Assembly (NCBI RefSeq): GCF_001194135.2 | Contig: NC_068981.1 | Coordinates: 145,166,915-145,230,914, forward strand | Reading direction: 5' to 3' | DNA: 64,000 nucleotides | Source of the DNA: Octopus bimaculoides | Lineage: Eukaryota | Shown: in pieces, positions 23,451-35,460 of the stretch | Layout: every line of letters begins with the position of its first letter | Position numbering within the stretch: position 1 is the stretch's first letter | Notes under the pieces: model-generated | What the model saw: only the letters and a program-made list of their open reading frames with translations | Databases searched by the model: none | Told to the model about the DNA's origin: nothing | Program-made: the position numbers and the translations under genes

Positions 23451-24689
23451 TGTCTAAACGCATCTTTATCAGCTGTTAATTGCTGAATGTTACATAAATT
23501 CATATGGTATATTGCATTAATATGATTCAGCGATAACTTAATTAATGCGTATCCTCGGGGGAGTCGATCAAAGCGCACTATAAGCACACTTTGGAAAGCA
23601 TACTACGAGGTGCTGGAACGCTTTTGAACGGTTTGCTTAGTCAAATCTGACATGCAGCTAAACAGAAGTGGATTGATGAACAATTAATTATAATAATGAT
23701 ACGAAATTCGATTGAGTCATGGTAATCATTCATGTATATAACGAACATATAATCATTTTAGTATTTATCTCGGCAGCTTTTGTGAAACTATGACATTATG
23801 TTTTGTAGAAGTGCATTTTAATATTGCTATTTCACGTCGGCCTTAGAATTACAGGAGTAAGGACATGAAATGCGATGTTCGGGTTTTAAGAAAAAGAACA
23901 TTCATGTAAGTCACACTTGTAAGTTCGTTTGGAAACCTTTTGTTTTTTCAAGTGTCACTTATTATGGAAAACCTCTTGAGTGCTACGTCTACTTTATGTA
24001 CTTATGTGTCACTATTCAGCTCAATTTCAGAACGTATATACAGAAGACAAAGAAAAAGTGAGGGTTTTAAATACCATCGTCAATAGGTAATAAAAAGAAT
24101 TAAACGACGGCGTACAAGTTCTTCTGTCCTAGCTCTCTAATACTCCATAGCCATGTACACTTAACAGTCTTAACAAATATTGAGTTAGACGTCAGGAGCT
24201 CAACATCCTGTATCGGAGAATGTCAGCGACAGTTGGGAGATGATCGGCGTCATACGTTAGACCAAACCCCAGTTTTGACCTGACTTCTGTCCAAGAATTA
24301 GCATCCTTAAATATGCCACTCCATGACACAACCTATTGACATCGATAGTGGTTGCTAGACAAGCTAGAAATAGCAGCTATATTTCTCAAATCAGACGGGA
24401 AAATGAGACCAAGGAAAATTTTAGTTCTAAATATATTAAGAAACAGGATGATCACAGCTCGAATACCTACCTAGCGATATACAAGAACAACAATAACAAG
24501 AGAAATGGCAAGCAGTGAACAGAAAATAACTTGTGAAGATATAGCCTGGTAGCAGGAAAATTACGTAGTTGATTTGAACCAGAGTTATCAGAGACAAGGT
24601 GACACTCATCAAATGGGAATAAAGCTCCAACAATAAAACAATGTACAAGGGTACAAAGTATGTGATATGGGCGTGCAGAGCTATAAACA

Positions 24690-24965
24690 ATCTGTGACTG
24701 GTACAGGTTTACAGTCTAGGTGTAACTCTGGTACAGATCAACAAAATATATGTGACAGCAGTATATAGTCACAGCCTGACAGTAGTACAGAGCCTAAAAG
24801 TATGTGTGACTGGAGTACAAATCGATAAACTGTCTGACAGGAGTATAAAGCCATAACCAACGTGTGACTGTAGTATAGAACCACAGACTACGTGTGCCTG
24901 TAATAGAGAGCCATAAAGTATTCATGTTGAAACCACAGCGTCACAAACCATGTGTGACTGTCGTG
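24690..24965 (+). repeat. Degenerate ~33-40-bp minisatellite (TGTGACTG..GTA.A.AGCC units)
   Basis: About 8 recurrences of a TGTGAC(T/A)G..GTA core. Confidence 0.5.
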
Positions 24966-25118
24966 AAAAATACGGGTTAAGTTGCTCGCTAATTTAAGAT
25001 TCATGCACTTTTGCTGACCTTGTGCAACGAAGGAGAAATATATGCTCAAATTTAGCTGATTCAAATTTAGCTGATTCAAATTTAGCTGAATATGAAGTGA
25101 GCGCAATAAAGAGAATTA

Positions 25119-26362
25119 CAGCACGATATTAAGAAAGCTCTTAAACTATGCTTAAACTATGGTGCTCGCCAAACTCTGATTTAACTTTAATAACTAGTTT
25201 TGATTGTTGTCTTCCATGTAATTTATTATTGGCTACCCTACCCTCTAAATATCTAAAACTACATTTTCTTAAAGAGGTGTTTGTTTGCAATACGCGTTTT
25301 AAGCAGGATGAATATTGATTTAAAAAATAAATACATAAGATAGTCATTTTGGTGGGGAAGTAATAGTTGATTATATCGAGCTAATATTTGACTGGAATTT
25401 ATTTTATCTATCAATGACGAAAATAAAGTCAGTTTCCCCAGAAATAGAACTCAGAGCATAAAGGGCTACAACAAAATACCGCAGAGCACTTTGGCACTTT
25501 ATTGACTTTGTTAATCAACAGTATTGAGCAAAATTCAATATCTCTTCCTTTCTTACTCACGCCTAAAATCTGTGGTATGAATAGTTTTCATATTTCACTG
25601 GTTCAGAAATTATCTGAAAACTACAAATGTATAAGGCTAGCGAGGTATGAATATATCATTGACTCAATAGCCAGTGGTACACACTATTTAAAGGAGATTT
25701 TATTCGATGATGAAGCTATTTTTCATAGTGAGAGAACTGTCAACAAATTTAATCGTTGAGTATGTTATGAAAATCTCCATGAGACACAATCGTACTTTGA
25801 ATCGCTGAATGTTACTGTTCAGTAGGTTATACAAGAGAAGATTTTTTTGACGCCACTAAAACCAAGAATTCCTACTTAGAGTAGAGATGATGAAGAAGAA
25901 GAATATTCTCCATGTCTCCGTATTAGGGTATCTATATACGGCAATTCATTAATGTGCAATTTTCAAAACCTTGGTAGAGTAAAAGGCAACAGATCTTTTA
26001 ATAATTTAGAAGCTCTGATCTCGTACACTTGTATTTCTTCTTTTGGGTGTATCTTCGCGATCAAGTCTACAAAACTATTGTCACAAACATTGAACATTTA
26101 AAGCGAGTAATCGAAAATGGAAATTCCAACCAAAACGTTTTCTATGGATTCCAATTTAACAATTGAAGAACGATGTCAATTATGTACTGACTGAAGTGGT
26201 GCCATTTTGAATATTTTACTAAAATAATTAATTAATATCTAATAAATTAATATCTATTATCTCATGTTCATTTAAGATAAATATATATTTTTCTTGGTAT
26301 ATTCATTGTCATAGTCGGATTAAATAATAGTGAAATGTTTAAGGGACTTTTGAATCGTTGTG
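25119..26362 (+). mobile_element. Near full-length decayed Tc1/mariner-superfamily transposon
   Basis: TA-flanked degenerate TIRs (CAGCACGATATTAAGAAAGCTCTTAAAC / GTTTAAGGGACTTTTGAATCGTTGTG); transposase remnants ISLVQKLSE, ILFDDEAIFHSERTVNKFNR and a C-terminal IEERCQLCTD*SGAI. Confidence 0.6.
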
Positions 26363-26476
26363 TAGTATTTTAGCCATGCAGACTCATTTGTTTATGTTGC
26401 AGTTGAATCTTAACCACTCTCTGCCTCTGTGATTTGTTGTCGTCGTCTCAAGTAAACGTAACAAGGTAGTCTAGTG

Positions 26477-26726
26477 CAGTAGTTCCCAACCTGGGATCCG
26501 CGGATCCCTAGTGGTCTGCAAAGGTAGTACTAGGGGTCCGTGAACAAAATTCAAAATTTTTATATTATATATATATATATATACACACACAAACACACAT
26601 AAGGATAATCATACTAAAAGGGGTCTGTGGGAAAACTCATTTAAATAAAAGGGTTGGGAACCACTGCTGGGAACCACTGCTGGGAACCACTGCTGGGAAC
26701 CACTGTGAAAAGGTTGGGAACCACTT
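26477..26726. mobile_element. hAT (Charlie-type) MITE with tandemly amplified right TIR
   Basis: TIR CAGTAGTTCCCAACC / GGTTGGGAACCACT; 8-bp TSD GTCTAGTG at 26469-26476 and 26727-26734. Confidence 0.8.
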
Positions 26727-27095
26727 GTCTAGTGGTTGCTTAAAGCTTTTTGTTAAGGTTTGAAAGAATAACTTGTATGTCAAAGCTCAGTAATTTAAAT
26801 TACACCGTTTATACATGTACATGACAAAAATATAAAATTCACAGTTCTAAATGAGTTTTTAAAAAATATATATAAATGTGTGTAGTAAAAGTTTGTTATA
26901 ATTCGTGTTACTGATAAGTTAAAGTAGAATAATTACAACAAATACTGCTACTACTAGTAGTATTACTACCACTACTACACTAGTACTACAACTGCTACCA
27001 CGGCTCCAGCTGTTGCCGCTAATTCCACAGCTTTCACCTCTACTGATACTATGATCTATAAGTTTATTAATGCAGAGCAGTGTATGACCATATTT

Positions 27096-27317
27096 ATTTC
27101 TTTATTGCCCAACAGGGGGGCTAAACACAGAAGGACAGACAAAGGGATTAAGTCGATTACATCGACCCCAGTGCGTAACTGGTACTTATTTAATCGACCC
27201 CGAAAGGATGAAAGGCAAAGTCGACCTCGGCAGAATTTGAACTCAGAACGTAACTGCAGATGAAATACCGCTAAGCATTTCGTCCGGCGTGCTAACGATT
27301 CTGCCAGCTCGCCGCCC
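27096..27317 (-). mobile_element. Complete family B SINE
   Basis: Head GGCGGCGAGCTGGCAGAATCGTTAGCACGCCGG, B-box GTTCAAATTC, 3' tail TTTAGCCCCCCTGTTGGGCAATAAAGAAAT. Confidence 0.85.
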
Positions 27318-27777
27318 TCGTGTATGAGCATATTATCAATGTAGACAGTTTGATTGAAGAAACTAAACATCAATGCAGGTGGGCTGAGCTATCAAGAGTT
27401 ACCTATCATGGAGATAGATACGAAAATGCACAAATGACAAAACTCGAGCTGCTGATTTTTCCGCTTATACTAATCAAAACACTTACCCGTTTTGGTCGTT
27501 TCTGCTTCTAAATCCAAGATTAATTTAACTTTTATTAGCTTTAGGCTATTTTCTGACGTTTCATAATACAGGATGCATCTACAAGTTGTGAATGTATAGG
27601 TATGTGAATAAATAAATCCATAAATAGACAAAGCAACTTATTTCATTGTTATATGAATAGAATTCTATAGTTTTCTGTAAAGTGTGCTTGACAGTTGTGA
27701 ATACGGTGATTTTCAACCACAATATGACGCTAAAAAATGAAAGATTCAAACAATAATTATGACGATAGAATAAATAT

Positions 27778-27809
<32 letters not shown>

Positions 27810-28000
27810 GCCCCCACAAAAGATCAGGCTACAGGAGATCTGTAAGCGAGACAAGTGTTCAGTTCAATAAACAAGATGTATGACTAAAAGAACTGGAGGA
27901 GGACTATTGCAGGCATGTCCAGTAAAAGCGTTATAAAATAGACGGCGAAATGCTGGAAACGATAAAGTAGTTGTATACTGTCAACTTAACGTGACAGTCC

Positions 28001-28416
28001 CAACTACTTTATCGTATCACTACTGCTTAAGTCTCTCTGAGAGATTTAGAAATGTATCATTTCTAACTTTGTAATCAGTGAATGTGTTTCACTAGAATTA
28101 CTATATGTTTACGAGAGCTTGACAGGCATCTTCAGTCAGCAAGTCATGCTATTCCAGGCTGATGACGAGCAAAAACTCAGAAACATGTCCCTGGATGCAG
28201 GTTTGGCTGGGTGGAGGTGCTTTTCTCCCCCTCGTAAACATAAGGGCACAGGAAATGTGTCAAGGCCGACAGGAGGCGGTGCAGCTTCCTAAGGCTAAAT
28301 AGCAGTAGTATGATTCCCTTCTTGGGACTGTCACGTTAAGTTGACAGCATACAACTACTTTATCGTATCACTACTGCTTAAGTCTCTCTGAGAGATTTAG
28401 AAATGTATCATTTCTA

Positions 28417-28417
<1 letters not shown>
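28001..28417 (+). mobile_element. Retrozyme-like non-coding element: 351-bp monomer with identical 66-bp direct repeats and a central hammerhead
   Basis: 28001-28066 is identical to 28352-28417; hammerhead at 28153-28195; several internal inverted repeats. Confidence 0.65.
28153..28195 (+). ncRNA. Type I hammerhead ribozyme, predicted cleavage after GUC at 28189
   Basis: TCCAGG-CTGATGA-CGAG-CAAAAA-CTCA-GAAAC-AT-GTC-CCTGGA; 6-bp helix I extendable through an internal loop; C.A mismatch at the base of helix II; palindromic ACATGT helix III. Confidence 0.75.
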
Positions 28418-28452
<35 letters not shown>

Positions 28453-29462
28453 NNNNNNNNNNNNNNNNNNNNNNNNNNNNNNNNNNNNNNNNNNNNNNNN
28501 NNNNNNNNNNNNNNNNNNNNNNNNNNNNNNNNNNNNNNNNNNNNNNNNNNNNNNNNNNNNNNNNNNNNNNNNNNNNNNNNNNNNNNNNNNNNNNNNNNNN
28601 NNNNNNNNNNNNNNNNNNNNNNNNNNNNNNNNNNNNNNNNNNNNNNNNNNNNNNNNNNNNNNNNNNNNNNNNNNNNNNNNNNNNNNNNNNNNNNNNNNNN
28701 NNNNNNNNNNNNNNNNNNNNNNNNNNNNNNNNNNNNNNNNNNNNNNNNNNNNNNNNNNNNNNNNNNNNNNNNNNNNNNNNNNNNNNNNNNNNNNNNNNNN
28801 NNNNNNNNNNNNNNNNNNNNNNNNNNNNNNNNNNGTGTGTGTGTGTGCGTGCGCGCGCGCGTGCGTGTGCGTGTGCGTGTGTGTGTGTGTGTGAGTGTGT
28901 GTGAGTGTGTAATATTTCAGCAACAAATTTTTGTCTTTGTACTGATATTAGAAAATATAATTGATTTAGTGTTTTTGTATCTGCAGTATAAATGCCGATT
29001 TAATATCATTCTATCACAACTGACGACTTCCGATAGAAAATACTCTTTTGAGGAAAGTATTTAACATTTCTAAGAAATAGTAATTCTTATTGATGTTTGT
29101 GTTCTGATGTATTGTTATTTACCCTCAGGTCAGCTAGTATAAGACAAGCTCGTTTATTATGTTTATGCCTTCCTTCTTTACATAGCTTCTCTAAATGCAG
29201 TAGCTCTCTCTAGTTACAGCTTCTCTTTACTCCTTGAAGTACTGTCTCTTTCTACCTTATCTCACCTATTCTTAGACTCTCTGCATTTGTTAAACTTGCA
29301 TTCCAGCCTTCCGACACTTTCACGGCATCTCACTCTTTCTTTTTGTTTCCCGTCTCACTTCTCATATGGTCCATTCTCATCACTTCTTAAACTTCAGTTC
29401 CTTCAACATATAGCCCACAATCCAAAAGACATCACTACACTCACTGTCTTCCTTTGTCTCAC

Positions 29463-29496
29463 TTTCTGACGAAAGACAATATTCCGAAACGTTAGA
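29463..29496 (+). ncRNA. Decayed minimal hammerhead motif at the end of a pyrimidine-rich PLE pseudo-LTR-like tract (~29200-29560)
   Basis: TTT-CTGACGA-A-AGACAATATTCC-GAAAC-GTT-AGA; intact core, weak helix II. Confidence 0.45.
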
Positions 29497-30593
29497 TTAT
29501 ATCGCTCCTCACAACAACTGAATTCACCTAACTCTTCTAGGTACTCTCCTAATGTAGTCTTATATACATTATGCTTGAAAATAAGATGAATTCGTCTTAG
29601 CGTTCCAGCCATGATCAACTCATCGAATGCTCCATTTGGGTAGACTTAGATTTCATCAAAAAAATAGCAATAGTAGGTCAGTGTTTGAGGTCTCGTTGTT
29701 GATAGTGCAAATAACAATATATTATCGATAGGTAGATATCAGTGCTAAACAGCAGAAAGTTTGTTCTCTCGATTTACAAACAAAACCGTCGGCTCCTGTT
29801 TAGATTCAGAGGTCCTGGGGCAATTCTGGCCGACATGACACAACATGTCTAAAACACCGGCATTCCAGAATCCATTGCATCAATGAATCGTGTGTTATGA
29901 ACACATTATCGTAATAAAAAGGAGAATCTGTTCTCCTGTGACGTACACAACGGTGATTAGCACATTTGTGTTCGAATCTACCGGGACGTATAAAGAATAA
30001 ATATTCAAGTCATCGTTTCAGATTTTGCTGTTTGCGTCGCAAATAACAGTTCAATAACAACAACAATAAACCTTTATCTGCCTTTCATGTAAGGCTCTCA
30101 ACCATGATTATGGGGAGTTTTTAATAAAGAAGAAAGCATATATGTGATGTAACAACAGCGGGAGTAGCAGAGGAATTTAACAAGAGTAAAAGAGAAATCA
30201 TCTTAGATAATAAATGTGACAGTTCCCATAACGTTAGTCTTATATAATTATCGAGCTTTTAGCTGAATAAATAATATCCAGTAATTACGAAGATGCGCAA
30301 ATACATATCTTCATACACATATACACGAAAATACACAACCTTACATATACTCACACACACACAAGCATCTCCCAAAACTCACATTTATATGATCATGCAC
30401 ATTATATTTCAGCATAGCCGTGTAAAACCACGACCAATGCTGGAAGAATTCAGTGAGTGAATATATAAATGCTCCAGCATAGCGACAGATCTCTGGATAG
30501 AATTTATTAAAAAAAAAACAAAAAAAAAACAAAAGAGTAGCTAATACATCTAGACCTGAATGTTTATGAATGCATCCACATTAGTATTCCACA

Positions 30594-30679
<86 letters not shown>

Positions 30680-31175
30680 CGAAATATATTAGTCTGGAAA
30701 ATATTCAATTCTATTCTTCCCAACCATTACGATAGTATTACTCATTACCTGTTCGCTCCCTAATGGATATATAACAAAGAGACAGTTCTAAATGGGCAAT
30801 ATTGTTTAATAATAAACCATGAAAGGCTCTTAGCCTCTGAGAAAAAAAAGTACTTATGGACCATTAACTGTTTCTCTTTATCTTCTATTTTAGTTGAGAT
30901 TTTGTATTTTCGTTTTGTTAGCGAACATCATTATTTCCAGTGTGAATCACAGACTCTGGAGTGCAGAGGAGAAAGTGAAACTCTCGCCAAGATGAATCTG
31001 CGATTTGTCATTCTCTTCTTGCTTGGAGTTAGTTTATGTTACTGATACCACCGATAATTAACCATTTTCATTTCAGCTATAAATCTGAAGGATTGAGCTT
31101 ATAGAAATGATCTCTTTCTGCTTCCTCTTCCTTCCTCGTTTTTGTTTGCTCTCACTATTTCTATCTCTCTCTCTT

Positions 31176-31253
<78 letters not shown>

Positions 31254-32133
31254 CTCTCTCTCCTTCTCTCGCTTCCTCTGACTCTCCTTTTCTTTCTCTG
31301 TTTATAAATGATCATCGAAATAGCAGGTAATAATGAAATATGGACCAAAATCTTTTATGAATAGACTAAAATTCTATCAGCTTCCTCCCTCCTCCGAAAA
31401 GACTTATGCAGGTTATGTACAGTATTATAAATATCATTGTATAAATAGAAACCATTTCTATTTTCTTCGAAACCTTAAATACTGATGAAAGTCATACTAA
31501 TGTTACTGAATATTAACAAATATAACTTCTATCTAGCTAGCTGTCGGTAGACACTTACACGCACACTTATATGTATAAAACCAACGTATTAGAGAAGTTA
31601 CAAAAATGCAGATAAAGTGTTTAATATTAAAAAAAGAACAATAAGAAAGATATTGAAATGTTACCTTAGAAATCTTTAATTAGTCCTGCTATTTCTAGCA
31701 AAATACTCTTTCCGAAAGTGAACAAGAGATACAGAGAGATGAAGTACATTTCCGTTTGATTTACATAGTAAATCATTGACTGATATTCGAAAGACCCCAT
31801 ATGTGTGTGTGCGTGTGAGTATGTGGGGNNNNNNNNNNNNNNNNNNNNNNNNNNNNNNNNNNNNNNGGGGGGGGGGGAGTGTATGCGCGAGCTTGCGCGC
31901 GCGTGCTTATTACGGGTTTTGTATTGTATCAGTGTTCTAATTGATAACGTTTGTGAGATGGGTTAAGTATTGTGATGTATGATGATAATAAGCAGTGATT
32001 ATTTAAAGAGCCACTGGTCATCATTCATTTCTTGGTGGTTGTTAATAGTTTGTATTGTTTTTATACGGTCACGATATTGTGGTATATGAGTGTGAGGGTG
32101 ACTACGATGACTGTCCATGCTCCTCCAGGTCAT

Positions 32134-32719
32134 CTACGTTTTATCTGAAAGATAATGCACGTGTGTGATGTTCAATGACTTGGATATGTAATGGCTAAAC
32201 CGTACCGTACTTAGCCTGCACATATAGCTTTCTCTCATCAGAGAACCGATTTCTCGATGGCAAATCTGTAGGGAAGATTCGGTGGATACCAGCTGTTGTA
32301 TTGTCGCTGAAACGAAAGCAGTTATCAGAATATTTTTTCGATTCCTTTGGCTTCGAGGTACGAAGATGATCGATGATGGATGTTGAGTATGCATTAACTC
32401 CCAAAATCTTCTGGTATTGTTTGATACAGATTGCCCCATCTTTTGTTTTGATGAAGACAGTCGAGTGAATGTGTACAAGGTCTTAGTATTGAGAGAGAAG
32501 GCTGGTCTGTAGTGAAGGAACAGATCTCTAAAGGTGGTTTTCTTGTAAAATTTTGGTGCTGGTATCAATTTCCCTTGTGATTTTGAGTTTGCTCGAGTAG
32601 TGAGAGGGACCAAGTGTTATTGGGGTGTTAAGTAGTAAATCCTTTGTGGTCGTTTTCGCTCTTAAACGTTTCAAATATTTAGTTAGCCCCTTCACGAGAA
32701 TATGTAAGAAGTACCTCAT
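32134..32719 (-). mobile_element. Possible decayed PLE C-terminal (GIY-YIG-like) fragment
   Basis: LYTFTRLSSSKQKMGQSVSNNTRRFWE loosely resembles VYxFxCxxCxxxYIGQTxxxLxxRxxEH. Confidence 0.25.
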
Positions 32720-33599
32720 TCAGATGTTTGTTGAAAAAGACACTAGAGCAACAGGTGTTGAGTACTTGTTATTCCATTTGTTATATATACATAAGTGATG
32801 GTCAATAGGCCTGACAGATTTCATCCAATGGGGATAAGATGGTTTAGGAAATTTAAATGATGGACAGGAATCGATGGATGATGGAAATACTTATCGAAGA
32901 AACAGTATGCTGGCCATCTGCACCATGAGCAACATGGGCATGTAGCAGGACATTATTGGTCTAAGTATGGTTGTGTCCCGAAATCTAAAGAGAAGTAGCT
33001 AAGCTTGATATAATGCGCAATAACGAGAGTTTACTGTGGTTGGAAAGTGCTGCCTAACATAAGATTAAAAATTGCTAACAATATTTTTAGCGACGTCTAA
33101 GTTGTGAGGTGGTGTTGAACTAGATTGCTTTCCGTTTCTTTACTATTCTCGGAAGCTCATTAACACGCGTAACATTAAGATTAAATGTCTCTACCTGATA
33201 AATATCATTTCTGGTATCAAATACCACAGCCAAAAATAGTCATCTATTCATTCCCAACTCGAAAAGCCAACTTACAACTGCCAGAATTAAACCACTTTTA
33301 TTCGGAGTGGATTCTGTCTTTTAAAGCAGGTTGTATATGGAACAGAATTTACTCCACTTGGTGGTATACAGAAGTACTAAGTGGGTCTCATTGCAAGCAA
33401 CTGTAACAAACGATAAATAAATATCTGAGATAAATAAACTCTAATTCTCTGTTCCATTTTATCTGTAAGCTCAGAGACAAAGGACATGACTGTATTACTA
33501 TAACTGAGAACATTGTTGGAAGAATTCGCCACCGCTCTAATAAATTACGTAACTGAAAATCTTATTTTCTGAGAAACTGTATCTACTAAAACAGCACAA

Positions 33600-34150
33600 A
33601 GTATCACTTGACAAGAAATTCGAGTGGATTTTCAATGGCGCCACAAAAGATATTCCTCCGGCGCAAAATGACGTTGGCCAATGACCATAACAGAGGAATA
33701 ACAGGATGTTGAGATTCATAATAATGCAAGATAATCTCGTTCGGTTTGCTTCCCTTATATCTCAGAAATGCTCTACAGTGGCTCTTGTTAGTGGCTTGCA
33801 ACAGTTCTCACAACACGAACTACATCGACTTACAAGGACCTGTCTTTTAAGAAACATTTGGCAAACCATGTCAAATATCTGAGTGATTAGAAATGCATTG
33901 TGTTTGAAACTCCAGGTAATGAGCGATTGAGTTAACAACTTTGTACATACGTACATAGTTTGATCTCATTAGAAATGAGGTTTGGAAGTATATGAACATG
34001 AACTCGATATTAAAACAAACTATTAATGCAATCATGCATTCAATACTGTACTTAACATTGCTTGAAAGTTCCTTTGCGGTGAAGAGGAGAGGTATCAGAA
34101 ATTTAGCCTATTGGCCAAAAATCTACGATTCGTATCCCATTATAAGTGTC
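33600..34150 (+). mobile_element. Possible highly decayed mariner transposase remnant
   Basis: KQTINA...KRRG segment resembles the mariner TINxxYY...KR(R/P)G region; nothing else clear. Confidence 0.2.
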
Positions 34151-35128
34151 CTGCTACGTCCATGGCCAAAATACTATACTCTTAAAACTCTTACTCTACA
34201 TATCTGTAGATAAGTATCTGAATCCCTATAAAGGGATTCTGGAGGAGGCTAAGAATAGGGAATATTTCACGTCTACTTCGTATTTTGAAGTTATATTATC
34301 TAAACCAAACATTTACAATACTGATATCAAGTGTTCGCCCGATATTCATTTATCGCTTAGTCAGAAGAGGAAAGACAGCTCTATGGCTCTTTTTAGTTCC
34401 TCAAAGACTAGTGTGAAAAAAGGAGGAATTCATGTTCATGCCCAATACTCAGTCCCAGTGCTTGCAACAGAGTGGGCCCTGCTAACAGCATTAAAAGGCC
34501 AGGTGAAGGATTAAATTTACGTCTTAAGAACAGATATAATCGATTAAGCTAATTCCAGTATACGTAATTGATACTTTTTGTATATCGACCTCAGTGTGCT
34601 GAAAGAGTAACCGGATTCGAACACTATTTCTATCAGTTATTGGGTAGCCACGTTGCTAACTACAAAGCATTAAGTTTGCAAATTCTTCAAACAAAAGATT
34701 GATAGAACTTATTAATTTATATGACTATGCAGGAAACCTCATATTTATTTTAAAGAAAACGAAAGGAAGATTTGACCTTCACGTTTTTCCCAAGATCTGT
34801 TGTAGCAGTGGAAATGAAGAGATGTTGGCTTCGACAGAGAAAGAAAGAGGCGTCATAGTTTTTGCACTCCGGTATCTTGTCTCTTTTTTGTCATTCGCTG
34901 AAATATTAATTTCGCACATTGGCACAATTAACAGAGAAAGACTGTAATCTTTACACTGTAGGTAAGGTAATTATTTTATTGATTCTCTGGAGGGAAGAAG
35001 GACTAAGTCGGACCGGGTGAGAATTGGAATCAGAACATATAAGCTGACGACAAATATTGTACACTATTCAGGCCAGTGCTCTACTGCTTCACTTACTAGC
35101 ATTAATAGGAATTGTAGAGCTATGTAGA

Positions 35129-35460
35129 GTGAAGGCGCATGGTTCAGTGGTTAGAACGTCGGGCTCACAATTATGAGGTAGTGAGTTCGATTCCTGGACC
35201 GGTTGTGCTCTTGAGCAAGACACTTTATTTCATGATACTCCAGTTCACTCAGCTGTAGAAATGAGTTGCGACGTCACTAGTGCTACGCTGTATCATCCTT
35301 TGCTTTTCCCTTGAATATCATCGATGGAGTAGATAGTAGGGGCTAGTATGCATGGGCAACTGCTGGTCTTCCATAAGCAATTTTGCCCGGACTTGTGCCT
35401 TCGAGGCGAACTTTTTTAGTGCAGTCACATGGTCATTCATGACCGAGAGGGGTCTTTTAC
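35129..35460 (+). mobile_element. tRNA-derived SINE, family D
   Basis: GGCGCATGGTTCAGTGGTTAGAACGTCGGGCTCACAATTATGAGGTAGTGAGTTCGATTCC head followed by TTGAGCAAGACACTT. Confidence 0.7.

Noticed and set aside
26655-26726. CRISPR-like repeat array
   Set aside because: 13-bp units are contiguous without spacers, derive from a hAT TIR, and the context is eukaryotic.
28100-28135. Second, antisense hammerhead in the retrozyme-like unit (CTGAAGA...GTAAAC on the minus strand)
   Set aside because: GAAA is interrupted and no helix II forms; likely a by-product of self-complementarity.
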